DNA from: an uncultured Chloroflexia bacterium
GTDB taxonomy: Bacteria; Chloroflexota; Chloroflexia; Thermomicrobiales; UBA6265
Assembly: GCA_963763125.1 (NCBI GenBank)
Contig: CAVXMV010000005.1
Coordinates: forward strand, 1,037,562 to 1,101,561
Length of the DNA stretch: 64,000 nt
Direction: 5' to 3'
Shown: positions 10,013 to 20,010 of the stretch, piece after piece
Layout of the letters: the number at the start of each line of letters is the position of its first letter
Position numbering within the stretch: position 1 is the first letter of the stretch
The notes under the pieces: generated by a model
Seen by the model: the letters and a program-made list of their open reading frames with translations, nothing else
The model's database searches: none
Told to the model about the DNA's origin: nothing
Translations under genes and position numbers: made by a program

Positions 10013-10999
10013 CTAGTTGACGCGGTTGCGGACAGGCTCTCCCGCAAAGTGGGCGGCGAGGTTTTTGGCAGCGAGGTCGACCATCGCCGCGATTGCCTCG
10101 GGCGTGCGACCCGCCATATGCGGGGTGAGCAACAGGTTGTCGATCGTCAGGAGCTGTGGCGGGATATCCGGCTCGCCTTCCACGACATCGAGCGCAGCGC
10201 CGGCGATCCGGCGGGTCGTCAGCGCCGCGATCAGGGCATCGGTATCGACGACGGTACCCCGGCCGATATTGACGAGGTAGCCGTCCGGTCCGAGATGATC
10301 GAGCACATCGGCATTGACGATGTGTTTGGTCTCCTTGCCACCCGGGGCGGCAAGGATCAGGAAATCCGACCAGCGTGCCAGTTCGTTCAGCGAATCGATA
10401 TAGAAGTACGGCGCGTTCTCGACCGCCTGCCGATTGTGATAGGCAACCTCCATGTCGAAGCCATCGGCGGCGCGGTGGGCGATCAGGCGTCCTATCGTGC
10501 CGAGTCCCAGGATGCCGAGCTTCTTGCTCGATATGCCCACACGCTTGAACGGAAAGTCGGTGCGCTCGCTGCTGTTGGCGACATCGCGCTGGGGCGACGA
10601 GAAGTTGGACCATTCGCCACGGAGCACGGCGGCGTTGGATGGTACGATCGTCCCGGCAATCGCGAGCAGCAGGGTCATGGCGTGATCGGCGACAGCATTC
10701 GCATTTGTTCCCGCGCCATTGGTGACGACGATTCCACGCTCGGTGGCGAGATCGAGATCGATCTGTTCGTAACCGGCGCCGATGGCGCAGATGATCTCCA
10801 CGTTGGGAAGCTGGCGGATCTCCTCGCCGCTGAGACCCAGCGAGCCATTGGTGAGCACGGCCCGGACGTGCGCCATGCGCGGAATGGCCGCCTGTCGGCC
10901 GCCAAGCTCGCCCGCGAGGTGAGGATCGAATCCGAGCGATTCGAGTGTGTGCCGGGCTTCCGGAGAGATGTCGATGATCACCAGCAGGGGTATTGGCAT
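10013..10999 (-). CDS. D-isomer-specific 2-hydroxyacid dehydrogenase
   Basis: NAD-binding 'LGILGLGTIGRLIA', 'GAGYEQIDLDLATERGIVVTN' and 'TPHMAGRT'. ATG at 10999 with a GAGGAG RBS. The longer ORF to 11161 is an unlikely extension. Confidence 0.9.
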   Translation of the reverse strand: MPIPLLVIIDISPEARHTLESLGFDPHLAGELGGRQAAIPRMAHVRAVLTNGSLGLSGEEIRQLPNVEIICAIGAGYEQIDLDLATERGIVVTNGAGTNANAVADHAMTLLLAIAGTIVPSNAAVLRGEWSNFSSPQRDVANSSERTDFPFKRVGISSKKLGILGLGTIGRLIAHRAADGFDMEVAYHNRQAVENAPYFYIDSLNELARWSDFLILAAPGGKETKHIVNADVLDHLGPDGYLVNIGRGTVVDTDALIAALTTRRIAGAALDVVEGEPDIPPQLLTIDNLLLTPHMAGRTPEAIAAMVDLAAKNLAAHFAGEPVRNRVN

Positions 11000-11218
11000 G
11001 CCTTCGCTCCTCTGACTCCAAACATTCCATGCCTGGCACTGTACCCCGGAAGGCTGCCCGATCCCAAACTGGCGACACCTATTGCCAGGCAGCGCGGCTT
11101 CGCCGGTGTACGGCGGACATTGCTGCAATCCGGCGCGAAGCGCTTGATTGTTATGCCACAACGAGCCGCAGGCGAGTGGAGGCAGCGAAGCGGTATGACA
11201 AATGAGTCGCTGCGCTCC

Positions 11219-11247
11219 TTGGCCGGTACAGACCGGCCACTACAAAG
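11219..11247 (+). repeat. REP-like element, family A (variant)
   Basis: ttggccggtacagaccggccactacaaag. Confidence 0.65.
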
Positions 11248-11325
11248 TGTGATCAGAGGTGCAATGATATGGTGTGTACGTTCATCTTTGATTGCGTGAT
11301 ACTGGAGGTCTCCATTCAATTGCTG

Positions 11326-11676
11326 ATGATTGTGTACGTCGAAGATATGGCACGGTCGGTTGGGTTCTACGAGGCGATCGGTTTGCAATGTGAGAACCCG
11401 GCGGAAATCGACGGATGGTGGACCGCTTTTGCGATCGGTGACGCAAAGATCGCGCTTCATCACAATGGAGGCGAGCCGTTGCCGCCTGTATCCGACCGCA
11501 TGCATCTCAACGTCGATCTCCCCGCCGACGGAACGCTCGAACGGCTCGTCGCCGGGTGCCAGGCGGCCGGAATCGAGATCGACTCCGGGATTGCCGATGT
11601 GGGTTTCGGGCGATTCTTCCGGGTAAGGGATCCGGATGGCTTGCCGGTCCAGTTCAACGAACGCATCCAGTCTTGA
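11326..11676 (+). CDS. VOC/glyoxalase-family protein
   Basis: 'MIVYVEDMARSVGFYEAIGL' and 'FFRVRDPDGLPVQFNE' are typical of the glyoxalase/bleomycin-resistance fold. Confidence 0.8.
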   Translation: MIVYVEDMARSVGFYEAIGLQCENPAEIDGWWTAFAIGDAKIALHHNGGEPLPPVSDRMHLNVDLPADGTLERLVAGCQAAGIEIDSGIADVGFGRFFRVRDPDGLPVQFNERIQS

Positions 11677-11687
11677 GGAAAGGACCA

Positions 11688-12133
11688 GTGCCAGAAACAG
11701 CCATTGACCTTCGGATTGTCGGCCATTCCCTGCCCGGAACAACGTGCCTTGGTCGCCAGGGTGTCCAACTCGGCGTGCAGTGCAACGCGGGTATCGTCGA
11801 CCTCGTCCCGGGAGATTCGGCGTCCGCGACGTTCTCCGTCCGGGTTGTGCGGGTTTCCAGAGAGTCCGGCACTGATTTCAAGGGTCCGTGCGTGCATGGC
11901 AAGCGTGGCGACCGATTTCTGTACCTGTGCTGGGTGGAGCGATCCGAACCGAACCACCACGAAATGTTCGCTCGGGCCAAGCTGCTGCTAAACGACATCG
12001 ACGCGTCACTGATCGATGCGGCATCGTCCAGCGACCGCAAGTTGACGGCCACGTTGCCCTCACGGACCGCAGGGGGAACCCGGCGAGCGGATCGATTCGC
12101 CCGCCGGAGGTGCAGTGGGCGGTGGAAGAGTGA
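11688..12133 (+). pseudogene. DUF5990-family gene with a -1 frameshift near 12056
   Basis: 'IDLRIVGHSLPGTTC', 'FKGPCVHGKRGDRFLYLCW' and 'MFARAKLLL' are in one frame. The conserved C-terminus 'LTDRRGNPASGSIRPPEVQWAVEE' is in another. GTG start with a gaggaaagga RBS. Confidence 0.65.
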
Positions 12134-12206
12134 GCCGCGATGGAACGAGGCGAAGCGATCCCGTGTTTGGGCCGCCTCGGTGTGACCATGCGAGTTAGCG
12201 AGACCA

Positions 12207-12236
12207 ATGGCCGCCACAAGGGACGGCCACTACCAG
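12207..12236 (+). repeat. REP-like element, family A (variant)
   Basis: tggccgccacaagggacggccactaccaga. The stem is maintained (TGGCCG/CGGCCA). Confidence 0.7.
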
Positions 12237-12351
12237 ATGAGCTTCATGTGGGATTACCGACCTGCCCCGCTGCGCTACGGTCGACATGACAATAACGGGC
12301 CGACACATCCAGCGGGGCAGGTCGGCAGCCCTACGAGTATGTCGTCGGTGG

Positions 12352-12861
12352 TCAGGCTGCCGGGGAGGCGGATGGTGTCGCATCGGTCGCGGGCTGAATG
12401 AGCAGCCCCGTGATCAGGCCGCTGTCGCGGTCGATCTGGACGCTGACTTCGGTCCGTGAGCCGTCGCTGCCGATCAGCACGAAGCGACCGTTGGTGGCTG
12501 GCAGATCCATCGTGGTAGTAATTGCGTTGGGATCGATCTCATAGTCAATGCCAGCAGACTGAAGGGCTGTCAATGCCGCGATGGTCTCTTCCATGGTTGC
12601 CCCGGCGAAGAACTCCGGGCTGAATTGCGCCTTGATCAGCGGAATCTCGATTTGGTCGGCCTCGCCGTTCGCGACATCGAGCAGCCACTGGATCTGCTCG
12701 CCAATCGGGCCATCCGGCAGGAGCATGGCGACAGGTGAGGCTTCCGGGGAGGCGGCCGGTGTCTGCGCCGAGAGCGCCTGTGAACCGACCAATGCGGAGA
12801 ACAGCGCAGCAACCAACGCGATCGGATTGGACGGCCGAATGCTTGTCACAAATGACTTCAT
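12352..12861 (-). CDS. secreted protein, stand-alone copy of the N-terminal domain of the adjacent hydrolase
   Basis: Signal peptide 'ALVAALFSALVGSQALSAQ'. 'GPIGEQIQWLLDV', 'TTTMDLPATNGRFVLIGSDG' and 'DRDSGLITGLLIQPA' align with residues of the 13162-14709 product. Confidence 0.7.
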   Translation of the reverse strand: MKSFVTSIRPSNPIALVAALFSALVGSQALSAQTPAASPEASPVAMLLPDGPIGEQIQWLLDVANGEADQIEIPLIKAQFSPEFFAGATMEETIAALTALQSAGIDYEIDPNAITTTMDLPATNGRFVLIGSDGSRTEVSVQIDRDSGLITGLLIQPATDATPSASPAA

Positions 12862-13161
12862 TAAGGGTCCCTTCGTACGAAACACCTAACGCAGCAGCGA
12901 TCCTGAATATGTACGACATGTGTGACGAAGGTGTTTCGGTCGGGCCAGTTGTCGGCATTCTGGCCCGGATTGCGGCGTGGCGATTCGGGCGCGTACGTGC
13001 AACGAATCCGCCGGGGCCGGCGGACCCTCCCGAGCGAGGTGGGGCGGAAACGCGGGATCCTACATGGGGTTTCCCTGCGAGACGAAACGGGCGAAGGGCA
13101 GGTGGGGACGCGGACAAGGCCAGGCCGCACGAAACCTGTGATAGCGGCTATCCGACAGGCG

Positions 13162-14709
13162 CTAGCGACCGCCTGGATTGGCAAGATCGTGCTCCCCAAG
13201 GAACCCTTCGATGGCGGCGACTGCCTCCGGTGAAAACGGGAGTTCCGGATTGGCGTAATCGAGCGCCGCATTCGGATCTCCCTCGACCACCTTCATCAGG
13301 TGATTGACGTTTGGAAGCACCACCAACTGCGCCACGTCGTTACCCGCGTCCCCAAACCCGGTCATCAGGTGATCGACCTGCCCTGCCGTCACCTGCTCAT
13401 CCTTCTCGCCAAGCAGCACCAGCACCGGCAGCGCAGGCGGCAACCCGGCCGCGATCGCTGCGGGATCGACCGCATCGATCTGCGCCAGGAAGGCCGCATT
13501 GGCCGTGTTGAAGAGTGTGTCGAGACCAGGTGTGACGATCGTCTCCGGCACCTCGCCCGACGTTCTCAGGCTCTCCACGATTTCGTCAATCTCCTGCTTG
13601 CCCGCATCAGCCTCATCCTGCGAGATCTGGCCAGCGACGACGGCGTTGTCGAGTTGCGCATTGAGCTGCTCGACGAGCAGGTCGAGATAGCGAATGCTGA
13701 TTGGGGAAACAAGGATGACCGCGGCAGGCGGCGTTCCGGCATCCGACAGTTCCTGGGCGAGCGCGAGCGCAAAGATCGCGCCCTCACTATGGCCAACAAG
13801 GATGAGCCGGTTCGGGTCGACCATCGGCTGGTCGCGGAGAAACGCCGCGGCATCTCTCGCTTCCTGGAGGAACAGGATGTAGTCGACACCGTCGCCACTA
13901 GTCCGCGCACCTGGGCCGGTTTCCCCGGAGCCAAGCTTGTCGTAACGAAGGGAGGTGATGCCCTGCCCGGCAAGGAGGTTCGCAAGATTGAGATTGGTAT
14001 TCATCGCGGTCAGTTGCCCGCTGTTGCCGTTGCGATCGGTAGGCCCACTGCCGGAAATGATCAGCGCCGACGTACCCGGGGCCGTGATGGAGGCATTCGT
14101 CATCAGCGAGCCAACGATGGTGTCTCCACCACTCTCGAAGGTGACCTCGACGTCCGCAATACCGGTCGGGAGCGCGGGTGACGCTTCCGGAGAGGCGTCG
14201 GCTGGAGCCTCCGGCGCTGGCTGGAAGACCAAACCGGTAATGAGTCCGGTTTCACGATCGATTGCGATGGCTGTTTCCAGCCGAATCCCATCCGTGCCGA
14301 CCAGCACGAATCGGGCATTGGTTGGCGGGAGATCCATGGTGGTAGCAATCGCGTCTTCCTCAATCGTGAACGGCCCCATGCTGGATCGAAGCTCCGTCAA
14401 GCTCGATGCCAACTGAGTGGAAGGAACCTGGCGCAGGAACTCAGGCGCAAAGTGGACGTCCATTTCCTCAACGGTGATCGCTGCAGGATCACCGTTGAGG
14501 ATATCCAGAAGCCAGGTCACCTGCTCGCCAAGCGGTCCCTGGGGCAGGAAGGGAAACGCCTCTGGCGTTTGGGCGAAACTGCCTGAGGGGGTGAGGAGCG
14601 CTGGAATCAACGCGAACAACACTGCCAGCGTGACACCAGCCCGAATATGTGGATGAAACCAGGACATGAGCATCGAAACCCTCCATACGCGCGATTGCTG
14701 GGACAGCAA
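13162..14709 (-). CDS. secreted two-domain alpha/beta hydrolase
   Basis: Signal peptide, then an N-terminal domain paralogous to the 12352-12861 product, then a hydrolase domain with 'LVGHSEGA' and 'VNHLM'. The start is ambiguous (14709, 14673 or 14667). Confidence 0.8.
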   Translation of the reverse strand: MLSQQSRVWRVSMLMSWFHPHIRAGVTLAVLFALIPALLTPSGSFAQTPEAFPFLPQGPLGEQVTWLLDILNGDPAAITVEEMDVHFAPEFLRQVPSTQLASSLTELRSSMGPFTIEEDAIATTMDLPPTNARFVLVGTDGIRLETAIAIDRETGLITGLVFQPAPEAPADASPEASPALPTGIADVEVTFESGGDTIVGSLMTNASITAPGTSALIISGSGPTDRNGNSGQLTAMNTNLNLANLLAGQGITSLRYDKLGSGETGPGARTSGDGVDYILFLQEARDAAAFLRDQPMVDPNRLILVGHSEGAIFALALAQELSDAGTPPAAVILVSPISIRYLDLLVEQLNAQLDNAVVAGQISQDEADAGKQEIDEIVESLRTSGEVPETIVTPGLDTLFNTANAAFLAQIDAVDPAAIAAGLPPALPVLVLLGEKDEQVTAGQVDHLMTGFGDAGNDVAQLVVLPNVNHLMKVVEGDPNAALDYANPELPFSPEAVAAIEGFLGEHDLANPGGR

Positions 14710-14784
14710 TCAGTCTATATGGAGTGGATGGCGAGGAGGTGTTGCAAATTGGTCATCCTGCCAATTCGCAAGATGGCAGGGCTT

Positions 14785-15273
14785 CTACCCCTCGGGTTTG
14801 ATGACGGCGAGGGCCTGGCGGATTTCACCGATGTGGTAGGCGGTATGGGCGACGATGCCGAAGGCGCCGCCAACCATCATTTCATTCCAGTTCTCGTTGG
14901 TATCGATGAATTCCTTCAACCCGTCATAGGTCGTGCGCAGGCGCTCGATCAAGTCCTCCCATTCCACCGCGTCTACCTCGCCGATTGCCCAGGAGGACTC
15001 CCAGTCGACCGGAATGTAGTCGCCAGCGGCAGCGTTGGCGGCGATCGCATCGAGGTAGAACCGGATGTGGTTCACCTTGGCCGCGATGTTCCCGCTGCGA
15101 GGGCCGAGTGACTGCGACGCCTCCGCGGCCGAAATACCGGCGAGCGTTTCGAACAGTGAGTCTCCCTTGTCGAGAAAATAGCCGTGCACGGTATCGAAGG
15201 CTTCCTCGAGCGTGGTAAGCAGGGCGGCCCGAAAATCGGCTACGGCAATCGCATTTGTGCTGGTGCTGACCAT
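14785..15273 (-). CDS. DinB-family (four-helix bundle) protein
   Basis: Histidines spaced as in DinB_2 ('VNHIRFYL', 'AHTAYHIGEI'). AGGAGA RBS. Confidence 0.8.
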   Translation of the reverse strand: MVSTSTNAIAVADFRAALLTTLEEAFDTVHGYFLDKGDSLFETLAGISAAEASQSLGPRSGNIAAKVNHIRFYLDAIAANAAAGDYIPVDWESSWAIGEVDAVEWEDLIERLRTTYDGLKEFIDTNENWNEMMVGGAFGIVAHTAYHIGEIRQALAVIKPEG

Positions 15274-15476
15274 CGCTGAATCTCCTGTACGTGGACCGGG
15301 AACGACCCCGGAATTGGTTCAGGACCCAGCATAGTCACGAATTTGGACAGTTCGTGTCCTCATTCGGACTCTTTTACGGTTCAGTGATTGAGAAAACGCA
15401 CCATCATCAACTCCCGTACAATCGAGCAAGAGTAACCATAGGAAGCGGTGAGGCGGTTCAGCGGCAAGGAGACACC

Positions 15477-15677
15477 ATGTGGTGGGAGGATTTGTTGTGG
15501 GGATTCTGGAACGGGCTGACGGCCTGGATCGTACTGGTCGTCCATGTCTTCGGCGGTTGGGAAGACATGAACATCTTTGACTCGATTCGCAGCGCCAACG
15601 GGAACTGGTACGACTTTGGGTTCCTGCTGGGAACCGGATCGCCGCTGCTGGGGTGGTTCCGACGCGGGAAGCGATAA
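15477..15677 (+). CDS. small Trp-rich membrane protein (66 aa)
   Basis: ATG preceded by aaggaga. One clear TM segment, 'LTAWIVLVVHVF'. Confidence 0.45.
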   Translation: MWWEDLLWGFWNGLTAWIVLVVHVFGGWEDMNIFDSIRSANGNWYDFGFLLGTGSPLLGWFRRGKR

Positions 15678-16052
15678 CGGAATCGGCGGGTGGGCAGTGA
15701 CACACGCAGGGCGTAATGGTGCCTCGGCTGCATTCCGCCTCAATCTCAACGTCGCTGCTTGGGACGATCACATTCGACGTCGATGATGTTAGGATGGGGC
15801 TGGCGAAATCTCCAACCCGGGACCCCTATTGTTAATGTCGTGGCTTCGACTATTGCGACCGACTGATACGGGCAAGCAATAGATTGTGCGTTACGAGTCC
15901 GTTTCTGTTCGTCCATGTTACGCGTATTGCCGTGCTTGATCGTTTCCGGGACTTTCACGCTTTGGCACGTGCAGGGTGTTCGGATCAACGCGTCGCTGAG
16001 TGCGTTCCTGCATGGTCAGCATTGTGGAAAATCGCGACAGGCTGGAACGCCG

Positions 16053-18650
16053 ATGACTCTTCTGGAGCGCACAACCGAACTCGACCAACTGGATGTCCAC
16101 TACCGGCAGGCCGCAACAGGTCAGGGTCGGCTGGTCTTTGTCGCTGGCGAAATGGGCATCGGCAAATCGGCCCTGATCGACGCGTTCGCGGCCCGGCTCG
16201 CGCCTGAGGCTCGGCTCACCGTGATCTCGTGCGACGGGGTGGCGATGCCAGCACCGTTGGGGCCGCTCTTCGATGTCGCCCAGCAGCTTGGACCAGAGGT
16301 TGAGCGTCTCCTGGCGGAACAGGCACCCCGGGCCACCATTTTCCGAGCTGTCGAATCAGCCGTGAAGGCACTTCCCGGGGTTCCCGTGGTCGTGCTGGAG
16401 GATGCGCATTGGGCGGACGAGGCGTCGCTGGAACTCCTGCGCTTCCTGGGGCGACGGATTGGCAGCCTGCACTCCCTGTTCATCGTCACCTATCGCAACG
16501 ACGAACTCTCGCCGAACCATCCGCTGCGGCGCGTGCTGGGCGACCTGGCCACGGTGTCGACCACGCAACGGATCGTCCTCTCGCCATTGTCGGTGGAGGC
16601 AATATCCACACTCGCCATTGAGAGCAGTGTGGACGCGGACGAGCTTCACGCCTATACGGGCGGAAATCCGTTTTTCGTGATCGAGGTCCTGGCTGCTCGC
16701 ACGAGAGTTCCCATTTCGCTGCAGGATGCGATCCTGGGGCGCGCCTCGCGACTCACCGCCGAGAGCCGCGAGGTCGTCGACGCGGCTGCGGCGCTGGGAC
16801 CGATTGTCGATCCCGAACTCCTGGCAGAAGTAATGGGACGGCCGATCGAGGCTGCCATTGATGAAGGCCTCGCGGTGGGGCTCTTCCAGCCTGACGAGCG
16901 AATGGTCGTCTTTCGCCACGTGGCCGTGCAGTCCGCGATTGTGGATGCGCTTTCCGCAGCGAGAGAACTTGCCCTGCACCGGCGCATTCTCACATGCATC
17001 GCGGACCATCCGACTCACGGCCGCGATGTGGCGCGAGTCGCGTTCCACGCTGAGGCTGCGCGGGATCGCGACGCCGTACTGACTTACGCGATGGCGGCGG
17101 CCACGGAAGCCGCCGCCTACCAGTCCCACCGGGAAGCCGCCGAGCAATATGCCCGCATCCTACGGTTTGCCGATGAGTTGCCTGCGGAACGGCGGGCCGG
17201 GATTCTCGAGGCGAGAGCCTACGAATGTCACCTCACCGGAGACGTTGACACCGCCGTCAAGAACCAATTGGCTGCCACGGTCCTGTGGGAATCCGTTGGC
17301 GACATTCTCAAGTTGGGCGACAGCCTTCGCAAACTCTCACGCTATGCCTGGTTTGCCGGCAAGGGGTTAGACGCCAATCGCGATGCCCGGCGCGCGCTCG
17401 ACCTCCTGGAGGCATTTCCATCTACCCGCGAGCTCGCCATGGCATGCAGTCATCTGGCGACGATGCGAGGACTCGCCGGAGACGCAGAGGAGGCGGTTAT
17501 TTTCGGCAACCGGGCAATTGCCCTGGCCAGTGACCTTGGAGATGTGCCTACCCTGGTTCATGCGCTGACGACGAACGGTACCATTCGCCTGGAGTGGAAC
17601 GACGAGGGCGGGCGCCCGCTCGTGGAACAGGCGCTCGCGCTGGCTCGGGAAGCCAACCTCGAGGAAGACATCGGCCGGGCCCTGGAGCATCTCACCTGGA
17701 TCGCCCTGATCCAGCGGGACCCATTGCGGGCAGAGCGGTATCTGGTGGAAGGGCTGGCATACGCCTCCGACCATGACCTGGCGGCGCGCGAATTCCTGCT
17801 CCATGCCGATCGCGCCGCCCTGCGCGTGCAGCAATGCGATTGGGCAGCAGTCCACAGCGATGTGGTCAACCTGCTGCAACAGAAGTCCACACCCGCAGCG
17901 GCCCGGATTATCGCGCTTGTTGCCCTTGGGCTCGTGAACATCCGGACAGGGGTCACCAGAGGCAACGAACTCGACGAAGCGCTGGAACTGGCGACGAAGA
18001 TCGATGAGATGCAGTACCTGGCGCTGGTGAGATCGGCCCGGGCAGAAGCGGCGTGGCTTGCCGGGAATCTCGAACTGGTTGCCGAGGAAGCATCGGCCGC
18101 GTTCGATGACAACTTGCGGAACCGCAATCCGTGGATAGCTGGCGAGGTGGCTCTGTGGCTGCATCGATCCGGCCTGACCGAGGTCGATCGCCCCGGGATC
18201 GCCGATCAGTATGCACTCGAAATAGCCGGGAATTGGCAAGCCGCCGCTGCCGGTTGGGAAGCCCGCGGGCTTCCGTTGGAGGCCGCCCGGGCGCGCACTG
18301 TCGCGACCAATGAGTCCGACTTGCGCCTGGCCCATTCTACCTTCGACATGCTCGGCGCCCGGCCCGATGCCCTGCGAACAGCGCGGCGACTCCGGGCGCT
18401 TGGATTCCGTGGCATTCCCCGTGGACCGCATCTGGCGACGCGATCCCACTTCGGCGATCTGACGGCCCGGGAACTTGAGGTGCTTGCCCTGCTGGCCACG
18501 GGCAACTCCAACAGCGAGATCGCCCGTCAGCTGTACCTCTCCCCCCGAACCGTCGACCACCATGTCTCGGCCATCCTGGCCAAACTGAATGTCTCCTCAC
18601 GACTGGGCGCCGTAGACCGGGCCCGCCAGGCTGGCCTGCTCGAAAACTAG
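16053..18650 (+). CDS. large ATP-dependent LuxR-family transcriptional regulator (AAA+/STAND, TPR-like region, HTH)
   Basis: Walker A 'GEMGIGKSAL', Walker B 'VVVLEDAHWADE', a long helical repeat region, and a C-terminal LuxR HTH 'LTARELEVLALLATGNSNSEIARQLYLSPRTVDHHVSAIL'. Confidence 0.9.
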   Translation: MTLLERTTELDQLDVHYRQAATGQGRLVFVAGEMGIGKSALIDAFAARLAPEARLTVISCDGVAMPAPLGPLFDVAQQLGPEVERLLAEQAPRATIFRAVESAVKALPGVPVVVLEDAHWADEASLELLRFLGRRIGSLHSLFIVTYRNDELSPNHPLRRVLGDLATVSTTQRIVLSPLSVEAISTLAIESSVDADELHAYTGGNPFFVIEVLAARTRVPISLQDAILGRASRLTAESREVVDAAAALGPIVDPELLAEVMGRPIEAAIDEGLAVGLFQPDERMVVFRHVAVQSAIVDALSAARELALHRRILTCIADHPTHGRDVARVAFHAEAARDRDAVLTYAMAAATEAAAYQSHREAAEQYARILRFADELPAERRAGILEARAYECHLTGDVDTAVKNQLAATVLWESVGDILKLGDSLRKLSRYAWFAGKGLDANRDARRALDLLEAFPSTRELAMACSHLATMRGLAGDAEEAVIFGNRAIALASDLGDVPTLVHALTTNGTIRLEWNDEGGRPLVEQALALAREANLEEDIGRALEHLTWIALIQRDPLRAERYLVEGLAYASDHDLAAREFLLHADRAALRVQQCDWAAVHSDVVNLLQQKSTPAAARIIALVALGLVNIRTGVTRGNELDEALELATKIDEMQYLALVRSARAEAAWLAGNLELVAEEASAAFDDNLRNRNPWIAGEVALWLHRSGLTEVDRPGIADQYALEIAGNWQAAAAGWEARGLPLEAARARTVATNESDLRLAHSTFDMLGARPDALRTARRLRALGFRGIPRGPHLATRSHFGDLTARELEVLALLATGNSNSEIARQLYLSPRTVDHHVSAILAKLNVSSRLGAVDRARQAGLLEN

Positions 18651-18819
18651 GCATCTCCCCCCAGGAAACACTTATTAATTGTGCCTCCCCCTCTGAAAAG
18701 TTACGTACTTCCTGCGATGGTACGCCACACCATCCTCAAAGTGCATAACAGGCTCTAGACTAGAGGGAGGGCCGTGAAAGTTCGCAGGTTAGGTAGCTGA
18801 TACCAGATAAGGAGCGTGC

Positions 18820-19642
18820 ATGTCATCTCCACCATCTTCCTCCAATCTCAGCGGCGTCAAGCAACAACAGCAGGCGGTTTGGATCCAGGGAGACTACAGT
18901 GCGGTCGCCACTCCGCTGGTCATCGTGAGTGAAAACCTGTGCGAAGCGGTTGACTTGCACGCTGGCGCGGTGGTGCTCGATGTCGCGTGCGGATCAGGGA
19001 ACACTGCCATCGCCGCTGCACGGCGAAACTGTGAGGTAACTGGGGTCGACTTCGTCCCTCACTCCTAAGACGCGCCGAGGAGCGCGCCGCCGCCGAGCAC
19101 CTCTCGATTCGGTTCCAAGTCGGTGACGCCGAGCAGCTGCCGTACCCGGACGCCTCCTTCGACGTCGTGCTCTCGACCTTCGGCGTCATGTTCGCCCACG
19201 ATCAGGAACAGGCGGCAACTGAAATGCTGCGAGTCTGTCGGCCCGGCGGGACCATCGGTATGGCGAACTGGACGCCAGACAGCTGGTCCGGAACAACTGG
19301 CCCGACTTCGTGCGAAGTTCCTCCCGCCACCACCCGGTACGCGGTCGCCGCTACGATGGGGGACCGATAGAAGGCATACACGACCTCGTCAGCGCTCGCG
19401 TCGCAAGAGTGCGCACCGTTCGGCGCGAGTTTGTGTACCGGTATCGCTCGCCTGAACACTGGTTGGAGTTCCTGCGCACGAACTTCGGTCCGACAGTGAC
19501 AACGTTCGCCGCGCTTGACCCGACGAGCCAACAGCGGTTCGCTGCCGAACTGCTCGACTGGATGACCCAAGCGAACACCGCGACCGACGGTACGCTGATC
19601 GTTTCCTCAGGGTATCTGGAAGTAGTGGCTCAGCGAGTCTGA
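18820..19642 (+). pseudogene. class I SAM-dependent methyltransferase, decayed (at least 3 frameshifts)
   Basis: 'VLDVACGSGNTA' is in frame 1. 'AEQLPYPDASFDVVLSTFGVMF...RPGGTIGMANWTP' is in frame 0. 'KFLPPPPGTRSPLRWGT' is in frame 1. 'REFVYRYRSPEHWLEFLRTNFGP' is in frame 2. The shifts lie near 19058, 19290 and 19364. Confidence 0.8.
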
Positions 19643-20010
19643 ACGGCGGCTTGGACTGGAGGTCGCACGTCGGCCTCTGGATTTACAAGCCTCGATTATG
19701 AGGTGGGAAGCGATGGCTGAGTGGCAAGCGGAATGGCCCCGCACTTCTGCGAAGGCGAATGCTGCCGGCAGGGCGTGATAGAGTGGTGACGAGGCTCGTC
19801 ACTGCATGAGCAAACTCGAGGGCACGTGCCCTCCACGGGGCCTGGAATTCAGCTTGAGCGAATCGACGCAGGCAACGGCTTCCAGATTGCTGCCTTGGAA
19901 GGTGCCTCCTCCATACCGCGCCGTTATCCTCCATCCACGACGCGGCACTGCGGCCATGTCCCTTAAGGTGTGATCTCCCGTTTCTCGTGCGCGACCGAGG
20001 AAAGCATCGG

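Noticed and set aside
9837-11299. Long ORFs 9837-11078 (-, 413 aa) and 9926-11299 (+, 457 aa).
   Set aside because: Arg/Pro/Gly-rich nonsense-like translations. They are alternative-frame or antisense shadows of the well-supported 2-hydroxyacid dehydrogenase gene (10013-10999), as expected in high-GC DNA.
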